Shown here piece after piece: positions 24,192 to 37,224 of a stretch of 64,000 nucleotides of DNA. Below the pieces are notes generated by a model. It was not told the DNA's origin, searched no databases, and saw nothing but the letters and a program-made list of their open reading frames with translations. The translations under genes and the position numbers were made by a program. The first letter of the stretch is position 1. Every line of letters begins with the position of its first letter. The stretch comes from Gonapodya sp. JEL0774 (lineage: Eukaryota): assembly GCA_027604505.1 (NCBI GenBank), contig JADIIX010000043.1, forward strand, positions 62,001 to 126,000, given 5' to 3'.

Positions 24192-25966
24192 ATGGAAGGT
24201 GTTATCCCAAGTCTTTTGTGCTTGCCGGATTGTATCCTTTCGTCAATCTTTGAATCTCTCTGCACAACTTCTGAGGAGTCCCGGGACAGCAACCCATTTC
24301 TCGCTCTCGCGTGCACATGCAAGCGCCTCAGCGTTCTATCCGGCTCACCCCTAGTAATGCGTGCGCGATTTCTGCGCAGGTGGGGCGTCCATAGTACGGT
24401 TCTTCATGTTGCTCGACGATGGGAGAAATGTTCGACACTTGGACATGCCGTACCTCTGTCTGTTGATTCGCAATGGTGGAGCAAGTTTTTGGGTATTACA
24501 AGCAAAGAACGTGAATCCTCCTTCCCACCCAACTTATTGGGCACTTCGCCGAGATTTTCGTGCTGTGTTCCGGTACCCAGAGCGGTAGCGCAAACTCTCC
24601 ACTTCGAGCAACAAAAGAGAATCATTCGCCCGCCAACTTCATTGTTGTTGAACAACACTATGGAATCTGGACCCATGACCGTGACGGATTTTGTGGTCAA
24701 GGTTGCACGAGAAACTTACAACGACGATGTCCCACTTGACTACTCAGATGTCTGGAGGGTCCATGAGATTGGTACGGAACATTGATGTGGTATAACGACT
24801 GGGTCTGTTTCTTACGATGTGTTTATTTAGTTAATCAGCTGTCCAGCAACAAATTTCTGATTTTTGATTCCAAAGCTGTATTCGCGCATGATACCAGTCA
24901 GAGCAATGCCACCTCCCAACCAGATCATTTGAACACTTTCGAAAGCTTTGTTGCTGATATCAACGCTCGCATTCGAATCCTTCACACGGAGCTCCATCAA
25001 CATCTCTGTCAGAGACATTTTCCACTGCCAATGTTGCATCCTGTCACACAACGCCGTCTTATTTCGGCCGTGTGGTGGCGTTTCAGTGGCGCTTGTCCAC
25101 TCGTGGACGAGAGAGACAAGGAATCTGAAGGTCCCTTGCCTTGCAAATTATGCGAAGAGTTTCTTTTTCACAACGGCGCGGACCTCAAGGTACTCAACCA
25201 GCCCATCATGGCGGTGTCCCGATCGACATCGGTACCTTGGGACGTGCGACTTTTCCACAGCTTGAGTGGGATTGTCGCAGACACACCTATTCCTGCTCCT
25301 CGCCTCCTTTCCGAGCTCCAGCCCTTCGTTTCGGAGATCTACCAAGGTCTTCCCAGCGCCCGAGATATAGGCCCTTCCCCTGACATCGAAATCACAGTTG
25401 CCAAGGCTTGCTGGGCATTCATAAAGCAACGTGCTGTCCCTTTTGCACATTGGCTGGAACATAACGGGGCGCAGCTCGATAGGACTCAACTGGCGTCACT
25501 TCTGGCACCATGGGCAGCTGTTGGAGGTGGATTGAAGGTAGATGGATCTTGGGATCTTTTGATGGCCTCAGTAGCGGTGAAATGGCTCTCGCAAGAGCTT
25601 TTGGGTCCGGTTCATGGTTCAATCGGTGTGGAGACATTGCTCGGGTTTCTCCATCCGAACTCTCTCGCCACAACACCAATGCGTGCAGATCACGTGCAAG
25701 CTCTTGTACCATTTCTTGAGTACGTTAATGCTCCGCTGGCGTTGAAGGCGGTGCGGAGTTCAAAGTCTACTATCAGGCCCAGTGCACGAATTGCACACCG
25801 GAGCGGGTTGTGGCGCTACATCGGCGGCAATATTCAAAACGAGATCACGGCTCTGGAAGTTCTCGAGAAAGTGGAGGAAGAGTTGAAAGTTTTGATCATC
25901 GGAGGTACCCCGCAAGTAAAAACCATGGAGCGCTCTCCGACGCTTCCTGGTGGTTGGAAGTACTGA
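24192..25966 (+). CDS. Hypothetical protein with an N-terminal F-box-like motif; at least one intron
   Basis: Two long ORFs joined by a plausible intron near 24772-24872. The N-terminus reads LLCLPDCILSSIF..LACTCKRL. Confidence 0.5.
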
Positions 25967-26063
25967 ATAAACCAAAAATTCAATTTCAAAACTGCGCCTT
26001 AGGCGACACTTGTCCGTCAAGCTTCTTCATATGTTACCATCTACACAAAAACACTGTTTGTAT

Positions 26064-29000
26064 TTATTCAATCAAAAAGCCTCCTCCCATCCCTTCACTT
26101 TGTGGAAGCTCCAGCATTTCTTCAACATCCCGACCAAATGAAGTTTTCGAACTGTTCCCGTGACTTCCGTCAACATTGTCATCAAAAATTTGTGTTTGAT
26201 CCTCATTTCGCAACTTCTTCTGTGTTGATGTGTCGATTTCATCCTCGTCTGAATCTTCAATGATGCCGACTCTTCGCTTTCGCTTTGACACTGAAGATGC
26301 GAGAGAGGTGGATGTTCGCCCCTGCACTGATGGTCTGAAAACAATGGGATCATCTTGATCTGTGAGATCACCACCACGAACTGTATCAGTTGTAATTATC
26401 ATATCCGCCTCCTCCTCACTGATCTCCTTGTGCCGATCTCCACCTTTCCTTGTTCGCCGGCGATTTGATCGTCCTAGTTCTTCGGTCAACTCAGTATCCC
26501 AGTCATCTGTTCCGTCTAGTTCCTGTCTCTGTCTTACTAAGTACTCGAGTTCAGTTTCCGCTTCTTCCATCCCCTGCGCAGCCAAAGTCTTGAGCAAAGT
26601 GGCTCCCTCAGAAACTGATCCGGCATTTTGGGGGAGCGTATCACTTTCGTCTTCATCCCAACCCCACTCTCTTTTCAGTCTCTCCCTGATGGCAAGCCCG
26701 CGAATGAGCTTCTTCCAATTGCTAAGTGCCCGTCGTCCTTTCTTGTCCCACTCAACCTGAGCTGCGTGGGCAGCAAGTTCTGAGGAGGCAACAAGGAGTA
26801 GCTCTACGTGCTCACGGGCCACAACAATACCATCGAGAACAGGATGAGAGCTACCAGATTGAAATTCGAATCCGACCTGGGGGTGATAAGGGCACCATTA
26901 AACTCAGCAACCCCCTGAACAATTGGAATATAGAATGCCTCCAAACTCACCACTGCGTCTGCGTAATCCACGCCGAGCTTTTTTGCTATTTTTGCAATTC
27001 CAGGCACTTTTATATGCTGTGCACCGTGAGGTAACATGGATGGTTTATAGAGGTCGATGTTACCGAACGAGTTCCGGGGAACTACACCCTAGTGACCGAA
27101 AATATATGCTGCATTCAGAAACCTGAACTCAACTCGCGTAAGGAGGATTCAAATCTCACATCAATTACTGGTGGTGGCACATACTCGATCGTTTGCCATT
27201 CACCGTATAAACCAATCAAGCCAGGTTCCGGTGCATTGACTTCGTCACCCTTTGAGACATCGTATTCGCCCTCACCGTCACCGTCCTCATCATGCCGTGA
27301 CTCCATCTTCCCTGTCTCACTTGAAGACCGGCGACTCAAATCCGAATCATAACTCATTGTCTCAGCTTGGACTTCTCTCCGTCCCCTAAGAGTTACCACC
27401 CGCCTCTTCATCCATTTAACGGGTTGCTCCCCGTCAGCAAGTTCCCGTCCCTCCTTCCACCACCCCTCCTTCGATCTAAGAGTCTTAACATTTGTTCTCG
27501 GGAATACCTTTTCTCCTCTCACATGACCCAATACAGGTGTTCTTGGGTAGATTATCTCCCTTTGCTTCAGATGCCGTTCCAAGGCATAAATTGGATGTCG
27601 ACGGAAGTCATCCATTCGAGTGGGCATGGCCGACCCGTTGCGGGCGAGCTGAGCGGCATCGGCTTCAGAAGTTGGGTCGGTTAATGGCGGAAGCAAAGAG
27701 CACAATGAAGGGAAAAAGCTTGGATCGGAAGGAGTTGGGTGTGGGGATGAATGAAGAGGAACATAACGCGGGGTGAGGTCCCGAAGGGTGCCTATGGTTC
27801 GATACGAACAAACGGTCCGTGCAAACTTGGACTTTGGGTCAGGAAAGCTGAAACCCACCGTTCTCAACACCAACTGCGTAAGACCACCCGCCCCACTTTC
27901 CCTTCACTATCTTTCCCCTCTCTAGAAAGGTCTTCAAATCTCCTGCCTTTCCCGTCCGAGTGTCGACGCACGTCCACCGAGGTGTTGGCATTTCTCCATT
28001 GGGACTATTAGCAGGTGCCCCAGGTCCAGGATCAAGCAGGCACTCTGCCCAAACGTGGAAGGGATGGAGATCATCAGGAGGTGAGGCAATGATACTGGAC
28101 ATAATCGGAGAGGAACTGCCTCCCTTTGTGGGCGAATTGGTGGAATGATGGTGTGTAGATACTCCATGTGATTGAGTTTCATCCGTTGTAGCTGTCCTCA
28201 CACCTGGACAGAGGCCCCCAACGACTCTGCACCTCAATCCCACCGAATTTGCGGCTGCTACAAAGACTGCTGTCCTGAGGCACTGAGCGTCCCACTCCAT
28301 TTGTCTCGCGGGGTTCCACGGATTCGCTAGAAAAGTTGTAAAGCCACTGAGGGTCGAGATATCGGGTAGCTGCCCAACACGTGAGGGGCGGGTCCGAAGC
28401 CATCCAGAGACCCATGTTGCGAGCCGGCCAGTCTGATTTATGAGTTGCGCAGGGCTGAGTGGAGATGGCGCAAGCTGGTCCGATACTTCTGGAGGGGGAG
28501 ATGGGGACGTGGATGGGGAACGTGAACGGCGGCGACGAATTTTCGTTTGTGGCGAAATGGACGGTGTTGACTTGCTGGTATTGCGAGGTTCGGTGAGGTA
28601 ACGGATCCACGCACAGTGTCGCAGAAGGGGAACCGCGATGATGTCAGGAAGGTAAGAAAGTATGAGTGCCTTTTCGTGACAAGTTGGTCAGCATGAGGCA
28701 GTTCGGGGCTGTCTTTCACAACTAACCTGGGACTCCTCTGAGCTCCACAGCTTCTCACGCAATGACACAGCGGCAACAAGGCAGATTGTTTCAGCACAAT
28801 GTACAAGCTCCAATTCTAAGCGTTGAGATTTTGTGAGTCTAGGTTTAGCTTTTGTTGCAGGTGCCTTACTGCGAGAATCGTTCAGAGGAACGCTGGGAGC
28901 AAAGCCAAGAGCAGAGAACCTCACATGGGTTTAGCTATGGTGAAAGTAACTGGTGCGAGTGGAGTCGATGACGACGACAGCGTACGCACGACCTGACCGT

Positions 29001-29765
29001 GCAAGCTCCCGGGGGCGACCATTTCACTAACTTCAGGTTCAATCGGCATGTCCACCGGCTCTGGAAACGGTACGTCCTCGAATTCTTCTCCATCACTCTC
29101 ATTGTTGAGCTGCATTTCAGCGTCTGCTGGAGAGGGTGACGAAGCGAAACGAACCTGGGAATTGTGGGGAGGGATCACATCTTCAAACTCTTCTTCCTCC
29201 TGGTCGGTTTCATCCTCGTAGCCAGCAAAAAAAGAAGCGTCAAAGATTTGTGATTGAGCTGACTCGATTGAAGTTCGAGAAGGTAACATCACTTTCAACT
29301 CGTCGTTTTCATTGATTTTACTGACACTCGAGAAGTTGAGAGGTGAATTGTCGCCTCCTATACCAAAAGAGTTCAAAAGCACTGCGAAATAACTAGGCAG
29401 AAAGCAACTCAGCACAATATCCCACCTCCAGAGTCATTACTGCCTGTGCTCATGCGAATCTTCGCTTTTACGGGTGAGCTCCTTGTCCACACAACGCTGA
29501 GACCATGTTCGGTCCCAAAATTTTGAGTGACGGTGCTTGGCCCCTCCGCTTCGCCTTTCGAGCTCTTGCTCTCCCTTCTGCGACTGGATGGGGTTATCGA
29601 ACGGCTGCTGGAGTTCAACCCTCCGCTATCGTCGTCATTCTTCCCTTTTGCTCTTCTTGAACGTGCCGGCTTTTCGGAGTCTTCCCCCTTGCCAGTTTTA
29701 GACGCATTAGCTCGCGATGACATGCCTCCACTGGCCCCAGTTGCTCCACTTTTGCGAAGACTCAT
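26064..29765 (-). CDS. RAD4: DNA repair protein Rad4/XPC; spliced
   Basis: FHVWAE..RWTCVD, LRDLTPRY, MPTRMDDFRRHPIYALERHL, GEKVFPR, GLYGEWQT..YVPPP, PRNSFGNIDLY, KKLGVDYADAV. Confidence 0.9.
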
Positions 29766-30019
29766 TGGGAACACCCTCAAAAGTGCATTGCCGATGTCTC
29801 GAAATCAAAGTATTAGATTGGTTACATCCTAAGAAAACTCAGCCGACACGTATTAAGATTTGAGAAACCCTTCAACTTTCTGATCAGTGCGGGCGAACAG
29901 CATTCCAACTTTTACTCCGGTAAAGGCGCTCCAGATGCCAGCACGCAAGATGCAAATATTCCGATTGACCTTATACCCCGCTACCAGTCATGTCGACAGC
30001 CTGTTTCGGTGGTTTCATC

Positions 30020-30340
30020 AGCAACGGGTCAATCGGAGAAACTGGGAGGCCCATAGGGTCTGGTTCAATGAAAATCTTAATCCAAAGATCCTGGATCGCA
30101 TTGAAAGCGTTTTATTCAAATGCGATCTCCTTATAGTTGTTGGAGCAAGTGGGTATTGTTTACCCGGTAAAGCTTTGAACATGGTGTATGTCTTTTCTCA
30201 GGTGTTTAGCGATGGCAATTACCCGTACCGCAGACAGCTGGATTTGCTTCGCGAGTCTCTCAGTGTGGTGGCAAAGTAGCCGAGTTCAATAAGGAGACTG
30301 GCAGATATTGGCACTATGATTTGAGGGGCCAAGATCTGAT
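30020..30340 (+). pseudogene. Sirtuin (SIRT5/CobB-like) C-terminal fragment
   Basis: VWFNENL..CDLLIVVGAS, then after an apparent intron [21 protein letters not shown]. No N-terminal GAGxS or zinc domain was found, and the RP(H)xVWF motif looks frameshifted. Confidence 0.65.
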
Positions 30341-30541
30341 GCTGAGAAGCATTGGTGCCGGATGTCTTGTTTGGCTTGGACCACAGAAACCTTAATCGAA
30401 AACAGTCTATAAATGCAAGTCGCGACCTTATAGTGAACTAAATGTAACCAGCTGCACCACAAGTCGGCTTCCACCCATTCATCGTACCACTCTCCAACAT
30501 CGCGACAGGACAAATACACGGTCAAGCATGGGTAGCAATCC

Positions 30542-31869
30542 TTACTCGCTGCCTGTTGACCAAGAATGGCATGTGCATTAATGGTTGCATATATTCGCGA
30601 ATTGCACAAAACATGATTACCTCCAAACTTCTTTCCGAACACGAGCATTTGAAGTTGGTCGTACCCAGCGAGCACACCCGCACCGGCAACGGCACGGAGA
30701 ATGTTGGCACCGGCACCCTTGAACAGGGATGCGACACCCTCCTTGGCAACGACCTGGTTGAAGCAGTCAATTGAAGACTTGTACTTAACAGCCTCGCCGG
30801 AAGTCATCATCATGCGTCTACACGAGGAAGTGAACCATGACACGTGGAGTAAAGAGTACTAGATAAAACTCACCTCCTGACGGTGTCGAGGGGGTAGGAA
30901 GCAAGACCAGCACCGATTGTGACAGACCATCCCAGCAAGAACTGGGCAAGGAAGTTGTCCTTCATGGTTCCAGGGAGGATGGGCTTGATCGAATCGTACA
31001 TGCCGAAGTACAGACCACGGTAGATGACAATGCCGACACACGAGACGACGAAACCGCGGTAGAGACCGGCGATACCGTCGCTGGCGAGCGTCTTGCGGTA
31101 CACATCAACTGCACGAAAAATGATTTGAATCATGTCGATGAATGTCTTGGCCACACAAATATGATCGTTCACCGCGAAACTCACCCAGACCGTTGAACTG
31201 GCGTTCACCGCCCTTCTTGCTCGACTTGTTGTCGTTGGCAAGACGTGTACGGGCATAGTCAAGAGAGTAAACGAAGAAGAGGGATGTGGCACCGGCAGCA
31301 CCACCTGAGGCCAGGTTACCGGCGAACCACTTCCAGTAACCGTTCTCCTTCTTGAACCCGAACATGCGCTTGTATTTGTCCTTGAAAGCAAAGTTCAAGG
31401 CCTGGGTTGGGAAGTACCGGATGACATTGGCAAGATTTCCGCGCCTAAAACGAAATGGAAGTAAGTATGACAGGAAGGTTGCAAGATAGTCCTGCGATGG
31501 GAGCGGCCATCCCCCTCTTAAGATTGCCTGCCTCACCAGAGAGCAGCAACACCTTCATCCCTGGTGAGACGGACGAACGCATCTCCAATACCCTTGTAGG
31601 GCTTGTCGAGACGGCCAGACTTGATCATCTCATCCTGGTTCTGAATGACGAGCTTGACACGCTCGATCGGGGCAGCTGGGATGGACGAGAAATGATGAAG
31701 TGAGTGGTTCGGACGAGTATTATCAGAGAAACGGTAGATTTTGGGTGAAAGGAAACGTCAAAAAGCAAATGGCAAACTGACCAGCTGTCTTAGCGACGGC
31801 GGCAGACACACCACCCATCAAGAAGTCAATGAGGAACTTGTACTGCTCGGTAACACTCTTCTCGCTCAT
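30542..31869 (-). CDS. AAC: Mitochondrial ADP/ATP carrier; spliced
   Basis: [59 protein letters not shown], and the signature [12 protein letters not shown]. Confidence 0.97.
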
Positions 31870-32626
31870 CTTGACGTTCTAATATTAAAGGATTTTTGAA
31901 TCTGTCAGCAATCAGACTCACGTTTGTGGGATACAAGAGAGGAAAGTGAAGAAAAAAAATGGCGTGCGATCACGGAAACACAGGAATGTCTCGCTGGTCA
32001 GACTATGTGATGGCACAATCACCTCATTCCCATGTTTTCCACACCCCTGAAGGGACTCTCAGCATGGCAGGGGAGTGTGTCAATGCTTTGAGCGGGGTGG
32101 TGGAACGCGGTGGAAGAAGGCGCTCCACAGAGCGTCCTCGGAGACCTCCAGCCCGAATTATGTAAAAGATGCCTTTCCAATTTTGCGAACGCGGTGCGCG
32201 GTCCCCGCTTGCCTGCAAACCCTCACCTGAACCGAAAAATGTGGGACGACGAAGGAAAATGAGGAAGGCAAACCGCTTTTTGCCTGTGTGGCGCAGAGTG
32301 GGGCTGAGTTCCGGTACGGGATCAAATCACTGTGAATTACATGATGTAGCAGTTAAATTTTCTCAATCGGACTGTTCTTCCCAATCAAAAGTCATTGCTT
32401 TTCGTCCTCCTCCATTCGCAGGCCCCGCTTATTCGTTGCGTGCTACATTCAGGTTCAGTGATCCTCGTCAATTCTCTAGAAATCAGCTTGGAGAGCGCTG
32501 TCGTGCATCCATTGAACCAAGAAGTTGACCCCGTTCTCAGGATAAAGAGTGGGAGTTGAAGACCAAATTATTGTTATGAATGTGTTGGTGTGTGGAAATG
32601 CACCCCTCAACAAAAGCGTTTCTCAA

Positions 32627-33409
32627 ATGTCTCGCAGACTCCTATCGAATTCGGGCCTAGCTCGACTCCCTATCAATGCTCCATTTATTTCAGCCAGCCG
32701 CCCCGTTGTCTCTCCACCTCGGGCTGCTGGCATTGCTCCCTTCTCTAAATCCTCCACCTCCAATCCTGCGTCCCAAACGTTCTCTCTCGCTACTGTATCT
32801 TCCGTATCTCGCTCACCCTTCGCCTGCTCTCTTTCATCAACGTCGTCCGCGCTTGGCGCAGCAGCCGTGTGCAAGACTCAGATCCGTGGGGGTGCAACTC
32901 GCGGCGTGATGACGGGGAAACGCGGGAACAAAAACTTCTACAAGGGAACGGGCAGTGGCAGCATGGGACATTGGGAGAACGGTTGGTGCTCTCTTCGGAC
33001 CCATCAATTTCAATTGGAGATACCAAAATATGTGCATCTCAAGGCCGTTATATCATCGATCGTTGGAAAGTCCGGAACTATGTCGTACCAGAACTTGCTG
33101 GTTTCGAAGTGAGAGTCCTTTCTCTGCATTCGAAGAATCCCCACCATGGTTTTGCCTGTCTCTGATTTGAACCTTGACAAACAGCTCACTCCATACGTGT
33201 CACCGAAAATCCCACCTCCCACAGGAGCACAATTGGTTCCTGCGACCTCGTTCATGGATTACTTCCTGGGCGCTCCGGGAGGTCAGGAGATTATAGAAAC
33301 GGTGAAAGGGAACCAGGAGAGAGTCGCCAAAGGGGTAGTGGAGCGGTGGATCGCCAGGAGAAGTGGAGAGGAGAAGGGACGAGGGAGGACAAAGGTTCGA
33401 CGCACGTGA
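32627..33409 (+). CDS. MRPL27: Mitochondrial ribosomal protein mL41 (yeast MRPL27-like); spliced
   Basis: A presequence followed by MTGKRGNKNFYKGTGSGSMG, YIIDRWKVRNYVVP and LTPYVS. Confidence 0.88.
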
Positions 33410-33531
33410 AAAGAGCTATCTTGAACAGAAGCTTCACGCAATTAGGGACAGCGCGACAATTGATCCGAATTTATTATTTTGGTCCAGTTTTGTTGCCTCC
33501 TTCATGTTATGTTCTCGCTTCATAAGCGTTC

Positions 33532-35499
33532 TCAATAGTAATCGTTTCTTTTTACTACGCCCGAGCTTCCCCACTCTTCATTTGCCTCTGGCCAGTTTCC
33601 GTGACCCTGCATCAAAGGGCTCTGGTTCTCGCCAGTGTTTGGCGCACTCTCAACTACGGCTCCGGCAGCCTCCAACTGCTTCAAAAATTCTTCAATCTCA
33701 TTCTCCACTTCACTGGGCCTCTTGCCCCTCACCCGTGCAAACCTATCTTCTCCGTGCTCTCCAAGCCTCTCGTAAAACTGTTTGCGTACAATTCGACGTG
33801 ACCCATCCGGGAGTGTCACCAAGACGTTGACTTCAAACTCCTCCACGCTTGACGACCGGCTATCGCTGGAGCCGTTGTTGGAAGTATTTGGGTTTAATCC
33901 TGCCATAACAAGCTTGCGGCGCAACTTGTTGATGTGGTGGAAACCACTCTCAGGGTGAGGAGAGGCCAGTGATTGCTTTGCTAGGCGCTGCTGCTGAAAC
34001 TTTATCAAACTATCTCGTGCCTCGCGGACGTAGCCAGAACTAAGGTAATAAACTGCAACTGTCCCTGTCACGCCTGTCGGGATGAGGAGGGCGTTCTCGT
34101 TGAGGAACAGATAGAATGCCCGGCCAATGATACCTGTGACGATGTTATCAGAGTAAGTAATTCGACAACTCACAGTGGCGCGCCAAGAGAAATTTAGGGG
34201 ACAGGCCGGTGTGAGAATAACTCACCGCCCAGGAAGTATCCAAACAGCAAGGGTATCAAAATTTTAAGTTTCCACATGTTGTTTTTTTCGCCGCGAATCG
34301 CCTGACCTAGTATGTTACCAATATCCGTCTATTATGGGATAAAATTTTAGTCCGGCCGGCACAACGCGTCCATGAACTCTCACCAGTGTGCCTGTAACGT
34401 GGGTCGTGCGCAGAACCGCACCACTGTACTGGGTCGCCATAGCGTTCTGAACGCCCATGGCAAACGAAGCACACAGTGTTCCGGAGTTCTGGCACATTCT
34501 CATCGTCAGTCTATATGCTCAATACAGCCCTTCGGCTCTAACTCTAGACTCACCTTTAACGCCCCGAGAAGCCCCCAACTCAGCAACAAGAAAAAGCTTT
34601 CGAGTAGAAGAGTTGCTCCGTAGCTCCGTCCAATCTTGAATTTATTGTCTCCAGTCAGGTAACCGGAGGCCATGGCACCCAAGAAGAACGCACAAACGAT
34701 CCCCGTGAGAAGCACTGTATTGCCAAAGTCCAGGATGAAAATTGCGTCAGCAATTTTCGTGATATTGCCGGAGTGGTGAGCCACAGTGACAGAGTACATT
34801 CCCGTCTATGATAATGCATCGTCGGAAGTTTGCGGTTAATAAATATTTCTGAAAACCTCGCACCAGCGTCACGACATTTATGTAGCCAGCCGTCATGCTT
34901 AGAACGGGTCCTGCGAGCATCAACACTTTCAAATCCGCCTCCTTCATTGGTCCTGGCGGAGGTGCCTGTGTTGTTGCGACTGAAATTGGTGGTGGTACGG
35001 TCCCCGGTTCTTCGTGGCGAGTTGTCAGTGACTGTGATTTTTGGATGGGGCTCTTGTTCGTCAGAAAGTTCAAAATGGTGCCTGTTTGTTTATCGTTGAT
35101 GACCAGTTGCGGAGCAGCACCTGGAACAAATTGCGATGATCGTGCCGTGACAGCTCCAGGTTCTACAACTTGCTCTAGAGGGTGCTGTATTGATCCCCCT
35201 GTTCTCGATTCGAGTTGCAGGGGAGTAACGGGGGCCTTCGTGATAGATACAACAGAGTTCGACTCTTTCGAAGGTATCTCCACCATCTTTTCCCGAGAAA
35301 AATAATTATTGACTTCTTGCCGAGGGGTATCCGGTGAAATGAGAGATGGTGGGCTTGCCATGCCGTCGGACTTGCCAATAAGTGGTTCATCGTCGGCAAA
35401 GAAATCATCGCCGTTGGAGGCGGGTGAATCTCCAGACGAGGCCTTCGATTGTTCTCGCTTGTTCGAAATGAGTGGAAGCAGCGAGTACTTGGAAGGCAT
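33532..35499 (-). CDS. DUF1275/YoaK-family membrane protein; spliced
   Basis: LSMTAGYINVVT, VAHHSGNITK, AFFLGAMASG, SFAMGVQNAMAT..RTTHVTG. Confidence 0.8.
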
Positions 35500-35664
35500 T
35501 ATCAAACTGATTGTGCGTTGTGCTGGGGAATGAGCATTGGAGTGAAAATTGATCTGATCTAGGAGCGCAACTTCGCACCGATCACTTCACACACACAGCT
35601 CAGACCCTCTTCTTTGGCTTATAGCGATGGAGATATTTACTATTATCAATTCAACCATCAAAAA

Positions 35665-36931
35665 TTAATATGCGTCGTACTCTCCAAGAGGCAATTGATC
35701 TAAGAAAACACCTTTCTCAAACAGTATCTGGACCAAAAATAATGCGCGATTGTCAGGAAGATCGTGAAAGCTCGTACCAGAAAAGCATACCTTTCGTTTG
35801 ATCAGGTCTGCCTTCTTCCTCGCCTCCAACTCCTCCCTTTGCAAAGTGAGTATTTCTCGCGGGGAGACGCGACGCGTCCCAGGCGGAACAGCAGGTGCAT
35901 CTGGATCCTGTTAACGAGAGTCCATTTAATCGAAGGAACATCCATTGCTCTTCCCGTAGTGTGTACAGAGAGCAAAGCTTACTATTTCTGCGAGGAGGAC
36001 GACATTCTCTCCTCGAATGACGAATACTCCACGGGGTATATCACCATACATTAGTGGAGGCCGCGGAGACTGCGTGGAATCTATTAGAGGGTGGAGCTTG
36101 TCGGAAGGTTTCGTCTCGGATAAAGCGTGCGTGCCATCTCCTTTGTCCTGGAACGACGTGTCGGGAACTTCGGGAGGTTGTTTCTGATGTCCTGACTCAA
36201 AGACCGATGGAGAATCTCCAGTTTCATTTCTGAAATGAAATGAGGAGTCGTTCGAGCCTAATCTCAAAGAATCTGCCTGCGATGCAGAGGTTCGTGCAGA
36301 GGCAGCTTGTGGAGCGTTGGGAGCACCATCAGGGAACTGCCGATTAGAATCAAAGCCACTGTGGAGTTTCGAAGAAGAGGATGGAGGCTTGGACGCAGGT
36401 GACGTGGGACTCAAATTGTATGATGAAACGTGGCTCTTTTCATCAACGCCCACGAAGATTCGCTCCACAGTGTCCTGGAGGACAAGATTTGCTTCAGGAA
36501 TTAGTGAATTCCGTGTAATTGTTCGTTTCATTGTCGATGGTTCGAACGAGACACGGAGGATATGAACGTTAAAGAGGAGTAGTATTGTCTGTGAGAGATG
36601 TAATCCTCTTCATGAGCTCACCGAATTGATCATATGTCCGTAAGATCCCAATTACTTTTCTTCCATCTCTCAGGATCACGAGAACTGGCTCTAGGGAGAG
36701 GAACGATTGGTTGACATGAGGACTGGACTTTCCCAATCGCTTGCGGAACGGGCCACGCATGCAGTTTGGATATAGAACAAATCGTCCTATTAGATATCTG
36801 TACAAGGACTGCTGTCGAATGCTGGCCAGAATCCCGGTCCCATTCCTCCTCCGACGACACCCACTATCAACTTGGTCCACAATCGACGCAGCTCCGGGAA
36901 GAAATGGGTCTGTCGGAGGACTTTGTGTCAT
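35665..36931 (-). CDS. LSM1: Sm-like protein LSm1 with a large internal insert; spliced
   Basis: FLPGAASIVDQVD/KPVLVILRDGRKVIGILRTYDQF/ANLVLQDTVERI...YGDIPRGVFVIRGENVVLLAEID. Confidence 0.9.
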
Positions 36932-37224
36932 CGTGTTCTAATTAATGAAAAGGATGTCAAGTTCCGCAAATCCGATGAACGAAGTTCGGATGGCTCTCCT
37001 GGTGGGCAACTCAGAGTTTGCCATCATCTTATCAAGACTACGTCACAGCGAGAGGACAATGGGATGCTATGTAACATCGAGTCAAGTTTTATTTTCAATT
37101 CGTAAATCTCAAAGAAGAGTGTCGCTCTACTTGTTATTCATGCATCTCAAAGAAAAAACCACCTCCCCATGTTCCCACCGCCGCACCAGATGCAAAATTT
37201 ATCTCGTTTCATCGGATAACACTT

